Made by a program: the position numbers and the translations under genes
Shown here: positions 40,368-49,268 of the stretch, one piece after another
Position numbering within the stretch: position 1 is the first letter of the stretch
Layout: each line of letters opens with the position of its first letter
Assembly (NCBI GenBank): GCA_938083505.1
Contig: CALKCF010000006.1
Coordinates: 96,001 to 160,000 of the forward strand
DNA: 64,000 nt
Direction of reading: 5' to 3'
From: an uncultured archaeon
GTDB lineage: Archaea; Thermoproteota; Nitrososphaeria_A; Caldarchaeales; Wolframiiraptoraceae
The notes under the pieces: model-generated
What the model was told of the DNA's origin: nothing
The model's database searches: none
What the model saw: only the letters and a program-made list of their open reading frames with translations

Positions 40368-43300
40368 TTAGCTTATCTTTTTGATCTCCTCGTAGACATC
40401 TTTTAGCATATCCTCATAGTTGGTCGCCCTTCTTTCAACATCATCCATCATCTTAAGCAGAAGCCTAGTCCTCTCTTCAGAGACAAAACTACCATAATTC
40501 TTCTCTAAAAATTCAAAGACCTTGCGTCCAACAATTGTTGGAAGCAGCAGGCGCTTCTTTTCTATAACGTACTTCCTCCGAAAAAGTTTATCAATTATGG
40601 TTGCGTACGTGGAGGGCCTACCGATTGCTTTCTCCTTCATGAGCCTTATTATATCGGCCTGCGTGTATGGGTAAGCGAAAGGTACTACCCGGTATTCTAA
40701 CTCAACATCGTGGACACCTTCCGGAAGTTCCTTTTCAATAACTATACTTCTATAGAGCTCTAAAGCCCTTCCTTTTGCTTCGACTATCCTCTCAACTACC
40801 TTTTCCTTATCCAAGAACTTCACTAAGTATTTTTTGACCTTGACTTCAAACTCACGGCATTGACTTGCCATGAAACGCCTGAAGATTAGGTCATAAAGAG
40901 CGAAATGATCAGCCATCATTCCCTCAGCCGGTATGACTTCTTCATAGATCATCCTTTGGAGTGTAAACCTGTCCCAATGTCTCGTTGGCCTTATGCATTC
41001 ATGGGCGCCCATAGCCATGGACGGACGCCTGCCTACAAAATCCTTACCGAGAAATTCCTTTGCAATCCTTAACCCGACATCACTTACGTATGTTGAATCC
41101 GTTCTATGATAAGTGATCATACCGTTCTCGAAAAGGTCCTGGGCCAATTTCATTGCAACATCAGAGCTCAGATGCAATATACGGTTAACATCCTTCAACA
41201 TCTCATCCGTTGTATAGGGCGGGGGTGGTAAGCGCTTTTCCCACTTCTCTTCTATCAGCGAAATTTCTACACGTAGCCGTTTCTGTTCACTTTCCAGCTC
41301 TTCAAAGGTTAAGCCTAATTGCTGAGCGTAAGCAACCTTCTTTTTCTTCTTAAATTCATCCATGCGCTGGATAACCCACCCCAGAACAGGTGTCTGAACC
41401 CTGCCTGCGGATAAGTTATAATCCCCAAAATGTTTCCAGAGAATCTGTGAAAGGACGAACCCTATCCATCTGTCCTCTATCCTTCGAAGTATTTGGGCCT
41501 TCACCAGATCCTCGTTAACATCCCTTAAGTTTGAAAGGGCTCTCATTATCGTCATAGGTGTTACTTCATGGAACTCGATACGCTTTAACTCAGCTAACCC
41601 ACTCAATATGTTTTTCAGGTCCCAAGCGATCTTCTCACCTTCAGCATCCGGGTCTGTACCTATAATGACGAGCCCTGTTTGGTAAGCAAGGTTTCTGATA
41701 CTCTCTATCCTTCCTGCCGAATCATCTATATCGTCATATCCACACGTCGGACACCTATCCTGTTTGTTGGTAAATTGGTAGCCGCACCGTCTACACCGCT
41801 TTATTGTTGCGTATATTGGTATAAAGTTGTCGTTAACCTGAACCCCATGAAAACCTCTATTTGTAACTAAATCGACCATGTGACCTAAGCATGCGGTTAT
41901 GGATAGCACGTAATTTTGGGTTGCAACCTCATATACAACTAAATTATCAATAACTCTGATACTTGGACGTCCAAAAAACCTGGAGATTATTCTCGCTTTT
42001 GTCGGGCTTTCAACAATGAACAATGCAGGTTTTATCGTTTCAACAGCACGATTCCCAGGCATTCTTGTCTTGTCGATCTCTTTCTTTAGCGATTCAAAGT
42101 CGGATTCGTTAAAAGCCTTAAACACTATATCATAATATTTTGCTCTTTTGATGAATGCGTTAAGTATTTCTTCGTCTTTTTCTAATAAAAACGATGCACC
42201 TTTTGTCAGACCGTTAATGGTCAGCCTTGATGACCTTCCAGAACCTTGGATGTAAGTTTTAACATCCGGAAGCACTATCTCATTTTCTTTTACGACGAAG
42301 TCCTCAGGTTTTCTCCTTTGTAAAATTTCGTTTATCAGCTTTTTTATTTCTTCTAATTTTTCCGGATGTCTATCCAAACTAAGTATCAACGGAAGGTTTC
42401 TCCGTATGGACTCCTCCTGCAAACTTAAGGCCAGCGCCTTTATCAGCTTAGGTGTTAGAGTTTCATATCTAAATCTTAAGACAGGGGCACCTATGAAGAT
42501 AACATACCTTATTTTCTGGGGAAGGTCCAACCCCCTAACAAGCAGGCCATAATAATACGATGTTCCAATCAAATGGTCAACCTTACCCTCACAAAAAAGC
42601 TCATAGTCCTCCTTTCTTCCAGCCAATACAAGCCCGATCCTAAATTCATTCTTCAATACTTTATAATACCTTTCAGCTTCCTCGCTATTTCGGGTATAAA
42701 TTATGCACCCCTTACCCATTATTCTTAGAATCTCCTTTACTTTTTCCAACCCCTCCGATTTTGAGTAAAAATCCTCAATGTTTCTAACCGTGAAGAAAGA
42801 TGAGCCGACATCGAAATTTAATAGTTTTCTAAACAATATCGTAGCCTTGCCTTTACTCGTGGTCGCCGTAGAGACCAGCAAAACACCTTTCGGTTTGCCG
42901 GTCCATTCTCCATCAACCTTACTAAAACCTAGAAGATGCAATACCCTCTCCACGTTTTTGGAAGTTTTTAGGATTGCGTCTACATCGTCAACAAATATTA
43001 ATTCGAAATGAAAATTTTTAAGTTTCTCAAACCTCTTGGAAAGAAAAGCCGCAGTCGTTATGAGTACATTAAAGTCACCGTTCTTAAGAACTTCTTCAAA
43101 CTTCTCCTTTTCTTTTTTCTTAATTTTCTCGTGATAAAAAGCTAAGGTTATGTCTCCCTTCTCATTCATGCCCGCATTTTTACCTATCCTTGAGCAAAAG
43201 TTTCTTAATTCGTCAACGCACTGCTCGACCAAAATTGTCGTGGGGACTATAATGTAGCTTTTCTTTCCCTTTAATGCTAAGAATAGCGAAGCGATCAATC

Positions 43301-43562
43301 CAAAGGTAGTTTTTCCAATTCCTGTAGGAGCTACAACAGTAAAGCTCTCATCCCTGACGAGCCTTTTTATCCAAAGCTTCTGCACTTCTCTAGGTTCACC
43401 CAGTATTTCTCTGAACAAGTTTTCAAGTTCTGTTTCTTCCGTGACACGCATCGCTAAGCTGAAGGGAACATTTTTAATGTTACACTTTGTTTCGGAAATC
43501 TCTTCCGCGGATACATCTTTTTTGCATACGATGCACAAGTCTTCGTATATTACTGGTATCAC
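40368..43562 (-). CDS. rgy: Reverse gyrase
   Basis: Helicase-like APTGIGKTT, DDVD, QGSGR-SR fused to topoisomerase IA ESPTKA, D-D-EGE, SAGRVQTP, ITYHRTDS, GRPSTY. Confidence 0.98.
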   Translation of the reverse strand: MIPVIYEDLCIVCKKDVSAEEISETKCNIKNVPFSLAMRVTEETELENLFREILGEPREVQKLWIKRLVRDESFTVVAPTGIGKTTFGLIASLFLALKGKKSYIIVPTTILVEQCVDELRNFCSRIGKNAGMNEKGDITLAFYHEKIKKKEKEKFEEVLKNGDFNVLITTAAFLSKRFEKLKNFHFELIFVDDVDAILKTSKNVERVLHLLGFSKVDGEWTGKPKGVLLVSTATTSKGKATILFRKLLNFDVGSSFFTVRNIEDFYSKSEGLEKVKEILRIMGKGCIIYTRNSEEAERYYKVLKNEFRIGLVLAGRKEDYELFCEGKVDHLIGTSYYYGLLVRGLDLPQKIRYVIFIGAPVLRFRYETLTPKLIKALALSLQEESIRRNLPLILSLDRHPEKLEEIKKLINEILQRRKPEDFVVKENEIVLPDVKTYIQGSGRSSRLTINGLTKGASFLLEKDEEILNAFIKRAKYYDIVFKAFNESDFESLKKEIDKTRMPGNRAVETIKPALFIVESPTKARIISRFFGRPSIRVIDNLVVYEVATQNYVLSITACLGHMVDLVTNRGFHGVQVNDNFIPIYATIKRCRRCGYQFTNKQDRCPTCGYDDIDDSAGRIESIRNLAYQTGLVIIGTDPDAEGEKIAWDLKNILSGLAELKRIEFHEVTPMTIMRALSNLRDVNEDLVKAQILRRIEDRWIGFVLSQILWKHFGDYNLSAGRVQTPVLGWVIQRMDEFKKKKKVAYAQQLGLTFEELESEQKRLRVEISLIEEKWEKRLPPPPYTTDEMLKDVNRILHLSSDVAMKLAQDLFENGMITYHRTDSTYVSDVGLRIAKEFLGKDFVGRRPSMAMGAHECIRPTRHWDRFTLQRMIYEEVIPAEGMMADHFALYDLIFRRFMASQCREFEVKVKKYLVKFLDKEKVVERIVEAKGRALELYRSIVIEKELPEGVHDVELEYRVVPFAYPYTQADIIRLMKEKAIGRPSTYATIIDKLFRRKYVIEKKRLLLPTIVGRKVFEFLEKNYGSFVSEERTRLLLKMMDDVERRATNYEDMLKDVYEEIKKIS

Positions 43563-43695
43563 TCTTTATCCCCACAAAAATCCTCCTTATGGTAATCAAT
43601 CTCACCTAAATTTTTACTTTTGGTTTATTGCTTAGCGTAAAAAATTAAAGAAATTTAATATTTAACAAGATTTAAAGATTAAACTTAGACACGTC

Positions 43696-44337
43696 TTGCT
43701 TGAATTTGTAATAATTCCGGTTAAAAAATTAGCAGATGGAAAATCAAGACTTAAAAGCCTACTCACCCAAGAGCAACGTAAACATCTTATTCTCAAGATG
43801 CTTGAGTCGGTCGTTGACGCTTGTATCGAGGCTGGTTTAGATAAGGCATATGTGATTGGAAGCGATCCTGAGGTGGAGGAGCTGACTAAGCAGAGGGGGT
43901 TGTCTTTCATACCTGACGTATGGTGTGAACTTAACAAATCCCTTGAAGGTGTTGTTAGCATACTTTGTCCAAAGCACAAAGGAGGCTTTGTCATACTTCC
44001 ATGCGACCTTCCGTTGCTCTTACCCGAAGATGTGAAAATTATAGGAAGACTATTGGAGTACAACGACGTCGTAATTTCTCCTGCCTTTGGATTGAGAGGT
44101 ACAAATGCCCTAGCGATGAAAGAGGCGCACATTGTTAAAACACAGTTCGGGGCTTCGAGCTTCCCTAAACACGTATCGTCAGCAAGAGCATGCGGTAAGA
44201 GAGTGGCAATATATGCGTCGCTAGGAGTATGCCTTGACATTGACTTACCTAAAGACCTAAAAATGCTTACCAAGCTACTAAGATCAGGCCATAAAGGCAT
44301 CGAGAGGTTAAAAAGTTTAGATTATTTGCGCTTATAA
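43696..44337 (+). CDS. cofC: 2-phospho-L-lactate/PEP guanylyltransferase
   Basis: IPVK----GKSRL, DLP, GTNAL, FG--SF--H, DID-P-DL. Confidence 0.93.
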   Translation: MLEFVIIPVKKLADGKSRLKSLLTQEQRKHLILKMLESVVDACIEAGLDKAYVIGSDPEVEELTKQRGLSFIPDVWCELNKSLEGVVSILCPKHKGGFVILPCDLPLLLPEDVKIIGRLLEYNDVVISPAFGLRGTNALAMKEAHIVKTQFGASSFPKHVSSARACGKRVAIYASLGVCLDIDLPKDLKMLTKLLRSGHKGIERLKSLDYLRL

Positions 44338-45701
44338 GGTTTTTTTCTCCTCTTGAGAAGATAAAAAACTGCAAGCACCACCGGTATAAGTAGCAACAAT
44401 TCTGAGATAAGTATGTAGGTCTCTAAACCGACTTTCTGTGCTTCACCTTTTTCTAGCTCGATATTAGTTATGATGTAGTCCTTTATTGTTATGTTTCCGA
44501 CACGAAAGTAAACAACATTACCTACCTCGTCGGACGCAGCAACCTTTACTCTAGCTACTCCGTCCTTGATTTTTATGCTTTCATCGACAGCGTACCTATT
44601 ACCTTGGAGTGGTCTGATCTCTGAGGTGGAATTCAGTAAGAGTTTTCCGTCCATGTAGTACTCCACGATCGCGACGACGTATCTTAGATCACCCTCTCTA
44701 TCCTCAACTTCAGCAAAAATTCTAAAATCTTTATTGCTTAATTTCTCGAGCCATGCTGTTCCTATCGTTGGTGGTCTAGAAATTGTTATAACACCTATAG
44801 TGTTTCTCGTAATATCAATAAACCAAAATGTGTTTTCTGGACCTTTCGTAGGATGCCATGGTGAGGTAAGACCTAAACTTATTTCATCCACCTTTCCGTC
44901 AAAAACTTCACCCACTGAGTTTCTTGGTCTGGAGAAATAAACGACGGAGCCATAATCAGTTGAAAGGAGGGGTGGAGCTACAACCGTACCAACAGGCAGA
45001 GCTATCTTCTCGGCCAGCCTTAGGTCCCTTGTTATACGGATTAAATAACCTTCGACAGTTACTGCCCAGACACCACCATTCTTCGCTGGCGCCACAAGGT
45101 AAGTTTGGTTCCCAACCTCGTACGTTTTAACAGAGCCTGATACTGTGTCAACAAGTAGTAATTTCCTGTAGGAATCATCTATAACCCATAGCCCTGTATC
45201 AGATTCAGCAATGACACCTTCGCCCATGGCAACGTTCAAGTTAAACTCTTTTAACACCTTCATCTCAAATGGTGAGAAAAGCACGACTTGAGAAATGCTA
45301 GGAAGGGTGAGCCATATGCCCTTTTTTGTTTGGTACATGTCCACAATGTCCGCCTTAAACTCAAACGTCTTTAACTCAAACGTCTTTGAATCTATTATGG
45401 CAACAGACTTTGCACCGCTAAGGGCCACGATGACTACATCTTCGTAATACAAAATCTTAGACGGTAGAGCCGAAAGATTCACCACTATAATTTCGCCGCT
45501 CTTCGGCATTAACATAACAACCCCCATCCTCGACGGTAGTGACAGCCAGATTCTTTCCTGACTTTCGACCGCCATATGTGTAGGTAGATCCCCTCTAAGG
45601 GGAAAAACGTAGTAGTCTAAAACCTTGATTGACATCGCTGGCTGAACCGTTAAAAGAAGTAAAAGGGCCAAAACGGTTATTAACGCTACTTTTACTTTCA
45701 T
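44322..45701 (-). CDS. Secreted beta-propeller (Vgb-like) protein with C-terminal membrane anchor
   Basis: Signal peptide, repeated G-W blade motifs, beta-rich domain, C-terminal TM helix followed by KRRKK. Confidence 0.75.
   Translation of the reverse strand: MKVKVALITVLALLLLLTVQPAMSIKVLDYYVFPLRGDLPTHMAVESQERIWLSLPSRMGVVMLMPKSGEIIVVNLSALPSKILYYEDVVIVALSGAKSVAIIDSKTFELKTFEFKADIVDMYQTKKGIWLTLPSISQVVLFSPFEMKVLKEFNLNVAMGEGVIAESDTGLWVIDDSYRKLLLVDTVSGSVKTYEVGNQTYLVAPAKNGGVWAVTVEGYLIRITRDLRLAEKIALPVGTVVAPPLLSTDYGSVVYFSRPRNSVGEVFDGKVDEISLGLTSPWHPTKGPENTFWFIDITRNTIGVITISRPPTIGTAWLEKLSNKDFRIFAEVEDREGDLRYVVAIVEYYMDGKLLLNSTSEIRPLQGNRYAVDESIKIKDGVARVKVAASDEVGNVVYFRVGNITIKDYIITNIELEKGEAQKVGLETYILISELLLLIPVVLAVFYLLKRRKKPYKRK
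45358..45387. repeat. Perfect 15-bp tandem duplication AACTCAAACGTCTTT x2 inside the CDS
   Basis: Seen directly; gives KTFEL-KTFEF in the protein. Confidence 0.85.
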
Positions 45702-45786
45702 CGCACAACCTACTATCCGTGTACACTTATACTTATATCATAATTAATAAAATATTAATCTTCGTGTTAATGCTTTTCTTTATAAT

Positions 45787-47169
45787 ATGATGGGAGAGTT
45801 CATAAAGAACTTTGAGGAGCTACTCGTAGACTATTCGGAGCCTGAAAGGAAGCTCAGAGAAGATATGCTTAGCTCTGCAGAGGAAGCAATACGCGCCGTA
45901 CAGCCCGGTGAGCTTCTGCGCAGGAAGCTCAAATTAAGGGGAAAGATTTTAACAGTTGGCGATATAAAGGTCAGACTTGCAGATTTTGATGAGGTTGTCA
46001 TCCTAGGAGCCGGTAAGGCCGTTCACACTATGTGTCGTTACGTCGAGCAGCTCTTAGGCGATAAGATAACGAGGGGGATTATAATAGTTCCACATAACGT
46101 CGCAAACGTTTACACAACTTCCTCTAAAATAAAGGTTAGGGGTGGCGGACACCCTGTCCCAGACAGAGAAGGGTATGAGGCTGCCAAAGAGCTTGTTGAG
46201 GTCGCGCAAAGCACTGGACCAAAGAGTTTAGCACTAGTGCTCATTTCAGGTGGTGGTTCAGCTCTTATGCCTTTACCGGCGGAGCCTGTAACCTTGGAAG
46301 ATAAAATAGAGATTACGAGGATGCTTCTGAAGTCTGGTGCGACGATCGAGGAGATGAATGTTGTTAGGAAACACCTTTCCATGGTAAAGGGCGGATGGCT
46401 TGCACGATATCTTTCGAAGGCAAAAACTATATCGCTTATACTATCCGATGTTGTTGGGGACAAGTTGGAGATAATTGCTTCAGGACCTACATCGCCAGAC
46501 CCGAGTACATATGCCGATGCTATATCAATTTTGAAAAAGTACGGTATTTGGGATTCTTCACCATCGAGTGTAAGGACCAGATTAGAACGTGGTATGAACG
46601 GCGAGGTGCCTGAAACACCAAAGCCGAACGATGCGGCGTTTCTAAACGTACACAACGTAATTATAGGCGGTTGCTCAGATGCATGTAATGCAGCCTTTTA
46701 TAAGCTAATGAAGTTAGGTTATAACGCGATTTACTTAACGCACAGACTCGAAGGTGAGGCCCGTTACGTCGGCCAAATGTTAGCTAGGTTCATAGCCGAT
46801 ATGAGGTACAAAAAGACAAAGAGACCAATCTTACTAGTGTTAGGTGGTGAAACTACAGTAACTGTGAAAGGAAAAGGGGTCGGTGGTAGAAATCAGGAGT
46901 TAGCGCTATCTGTAGCCATCGAGTTGGATAATTTAAAAGGTTGGGCATGTCTAGCCATAGGGACGGATGGGCTTGATGGGCCAACTGATGCTGCTGGTGC
47001 CATAACCGACTGCTGGACGTGCGACAAAGGTAGGAAGGCTGGGTACGATGCAAAAGCATTTCTAGAAGACAATGATTCATACACGTTCTTGAAGAAGGTA
47101 TCATCCTTAATCTTTACCGGCCCTACGGGCACTAACGTCGGTGATCTCATCATTCTAGGAAAGCTATGA
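45787..47169 (+). CDS. Glycerate 2-kinase (GckA/TtuD, MOFRL family)
   Basis: GAGKA, HPVPD, ISGGGSAL, RKHLS-VKGG, SDVVGD, GGRNQE, TDG-DG, TGTNVGD. Confidence 0.94.
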   Translation: MMGEFIKNFEELLVDYSEPERKLREDMLSSAEEAIRAVQPGELLRRKLKLRGKILTVGDIKVRLADFDEVVILGAGKAVHTMCRYVEQLLGDKITRGIIIVPHNVANVYTTSSKIKVRGGGHPVPDREGYEAAKELVEVAQSTGPKSLALVLISGGGSALMPLPAEPVTLEDKIEITRMLLKSGATIEEMNVVRKHLSMVKGGWLARYLSKAKTISLILSDVVGDKLEIIASGPTSPDPSTYADAISILKKYGIWDSSPSSVRTRLERGMNGEVPETPKPNDAAFLNVHNVIIGGCSDACNAAFYKLMKLGYNAIYLTHRLEGEARYVGQMLARFIADMRYKKTKRPILLVLGGETTVTVKGKGVGGRNQELALSVAIELDNLKGWACLAIGTDGLDGPTDAAGAITDCWTCDKGRKAGYDAKAFLEDNDSYTFLKKVSSLIFTGPTGTNVGDLIILGKL

Positions 47170-47313
47170 TGGATTAAGAATCCGAGATATCCGCATATTT
47201 TTAAAGAAATACGCAAAAAATGCCGTTCAGACTTCGCAATAACACTTTTTAATACCCTAGCTCTATTTAAATTATGGAAAATCAAATACCTTGCAAGAAT
47301 TAAAAACGCAGAG

Positions 47314-47919
47314 ATGGGGAACATGCCATCACCTGTTAGAATGCTGAGTGCGATGTTTGTGGCGTTTGTGGTCATAGCACTGATGTCATTCGTTGAAAGC
47401 TTTTACAGTAGTGGTAGGGCTTATGAGTTGATTGCGATATTTAGCGTTGCAGTTTCAGCACTTTTAGTCAGCTTGATAGCACGATCTTTGATTATTAGTA
47501 TGCTTAGTATGTGCATTGGCGGAGTTGCAGCCGTACTCTTCACGTCTTTAAATCAATATATTTTCGGTATTCAGCTCCAGCTTTGGAATCCGCTCGTAAT
47601 GTTTGGAGTTTCGGATATAGTCGGGAGGTTATTACTAATCATCGTAGCGGTCGGCATTTCGGCTGGCATCACAAGCATCATAGGAGCCCCTATGCGTCCA
47701 AAAGAAGAGGCAAGGGTTCCTGTTGAGAAACTGGTGAAAGAGTTCATCGATGTTGAAAAAAAGCCTGAAGTTACAGCCATATATTTACAGACAACAGAGG
47801 TTCTCAAGAAAGATAAAGAGACACTCATGGAGGTGGTACCATGTCCACACTGCGGAAACGACATACCATCAGATGCTATTTTCTGTCCTTTATGTGGAAA
47901 AAAAGTTAAAGAGAGTTGA
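47314..47919 (+). CDS. Membrane protein with C-terminal zinc ribbon
   Basis: Four TM helices; CPHC...CPLC. Confidence 0.8.
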   Translation: MGNMPSPVRMLSAMFVAFVVIALMSFVESFYSSGRAYELIAIFSVAVSALLVSLIARSLIISMLSMCIGGVAAVLFTSLNQYIFGIQLQLWNPLVMFGVSDIVGRLLLIIVAVGISAGITSIIGAPMRPKEEARVPVEKLVKEFIDVEKKPEVTAIYLQTTEVLKKDKETLMEVVPCPHCGNDIPSDAIFCPLCGKKVKES

Positions 47920-47950
47920 AAACTACACCATTAATTACGGCGAGCTCTCC

Positions 47951-48862
47951 ATGATGATAAGGTTAGTGGCTGCTGACAGCATTGGAACGAGAAGCATGTG
48001 TACGTTTGTTGATACCGGAGACGTAAGCTTAGTGATAGATCCAGGAGCGGCACTCGGTCCTTGGAGGTACGGCCTCAGACCACACCCAAAGGAAGTCAAA
48101 AGGTTAGAAGAACATAAAGCTAAGATTGCTAGTTTAACATCAAAGGTCGACCTGGTGATAGTTACGCACTATCACTATGACCACATACCTAGACCTTATG
48201 AGGATATCTCATGGCTCAAGGGGAAAACGGTCGTAGTAAAAGACCCGGAGAACAACATAAACTTCAGCCAAAGGACAAGAGCCCATCTTTTTGTGGAACA
48301 GCTGCGTAAGGTCGGTTGCAAGATACTGGTTGCTGATAGAGGAAGTATCAGAATCGGCACCACGTCGATAAAATTTTCAAAAGCAGTTCAGCACGGGAAT
48401 TCTCCAAAGCTTGGGTATGTTATAGAAGTTTGCATAAGCACGGGTAGTGAGCGTTTGGTCCACACGTCCGACGTTGAAGGCCTGGTAGACGAGCAGCAAC
48501 TTGACTTTATCATACAGAATAAGCCCGACATTGTAATATGCGACGGGCCCATGACATACATGCTCGGTAACAGGTTTACGGAGAATGATTTGGAAAAATC
48601 GATAAATAACCTAATGAGAATTATAGCTTCGTGTCGTCCAACCTTTTTAGTGCTCGACCACCATCTCATTAGAGACCTAAATTGGAGGGACAAGGTAAAC
48701 AAACTTATCACATATGCTGATAGTTTCGGTACGTGTGTCTGTACCGCTGCGGCATTCTCTGGGTTAAGCTATGAGCCCTTGGAGGCTATGCGAAGAGAAT
48801 TATATGAGTCTTTTCCTGTAAGTGCGGGCAGAAATTTTAAAACAGACGAAGATTATGTTTAA
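47951..48862 (+). CDS. MBL-fold metallo-hydrolase (UPF0282-like)
   Basis: DS-G-RSM, IDPG-AL, THYHYDH, HG, SDV-G, LDHHL-RD. Start placed at ATG 47951. Confidence 0.88.
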   Translation: MMIRLVAADSIGTRSMCTFVDTGDVSLVIDPGAALGPWRYGLRPHPKEVKRLEEHKAKIASLTSKVDLVIVTHYHYDHIPRPYEDISWLKGKTVVVKDPENNINFSQRTRAHLFVEQLRKVGCKILVADRGSIRIGTTSIKFSKAVQHGNSPKLGYVIEVCISTGSERLVHTSDVEGLVDEQQLDFIIQNKPDIVICDGPMTYMLGNRFTENDLEKSINNLMRIIASCRPTFLVLDHHLIRDLNWRDKVNKLITYADSFGTCVCTAAAFSGLSYEPLEAMRRELYESFPVSAGRNFKTDEDYV

Positions 48863-48942
48863 CATCATGGCTTTTAGGGCAACAACTTCACTTTACCCTA
48901 GTAAAACATCAGTTTATAAGCGATAAGAGGCGGTTAAGGAGC

Positions 48943-49197
48943 TTATTCCTTTTTCTCCTCTTCTGTTTTCGTCTTCGCAGTCAACTCCGGCAGGGGCTCA
49001 GGGACCGATGTGGTCGCAAGTGTATAACCTATCCACGCTAATATTATAAGGATTATACCCACACCGAGAAAAGCCGTTATTTGTAGCGTCAAGAGCTGCC
49101 ACGCTGGCGGCGACAGAAAGACAAGCCAGAAGTATAATATTAATATTGCGATACTCATCACAAGTACGCAAACGCCTATTGCTCGGTCCTTGTTCAT
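48943..49197 (-). CDS. Small 2-TM archaeal membrane protein, DPM2-like
   Basis: DRAIG...YFWLVFL...LAWIGYTLATT-P followed by a charged tail. Confidence 0.8.
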   Translation of the reverse strand: MNKDRAIGVCVLVMSIAILILYFWLVFLSPPAWQLLTLQITAFLGVGIILIILAWIGYTLATTSVPEPLPELTAKTKTEEEKKE

Positions 49198-49268
49198 ACA
49201 GCACCAATTTTACGGGAGTGGATTTAAATTTATCGGTAGAGGAGGTCATAATAAGAGGGGTAGAGTAA

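Noticed and set aside
48868-48910. Hairpin TAGGGTAA/TTGCCCTA (minus strand) as a possible C/D sRNA
   Set aside because: Boxes too degenerate; more simply a 3'-end hairpin between convergent genes.
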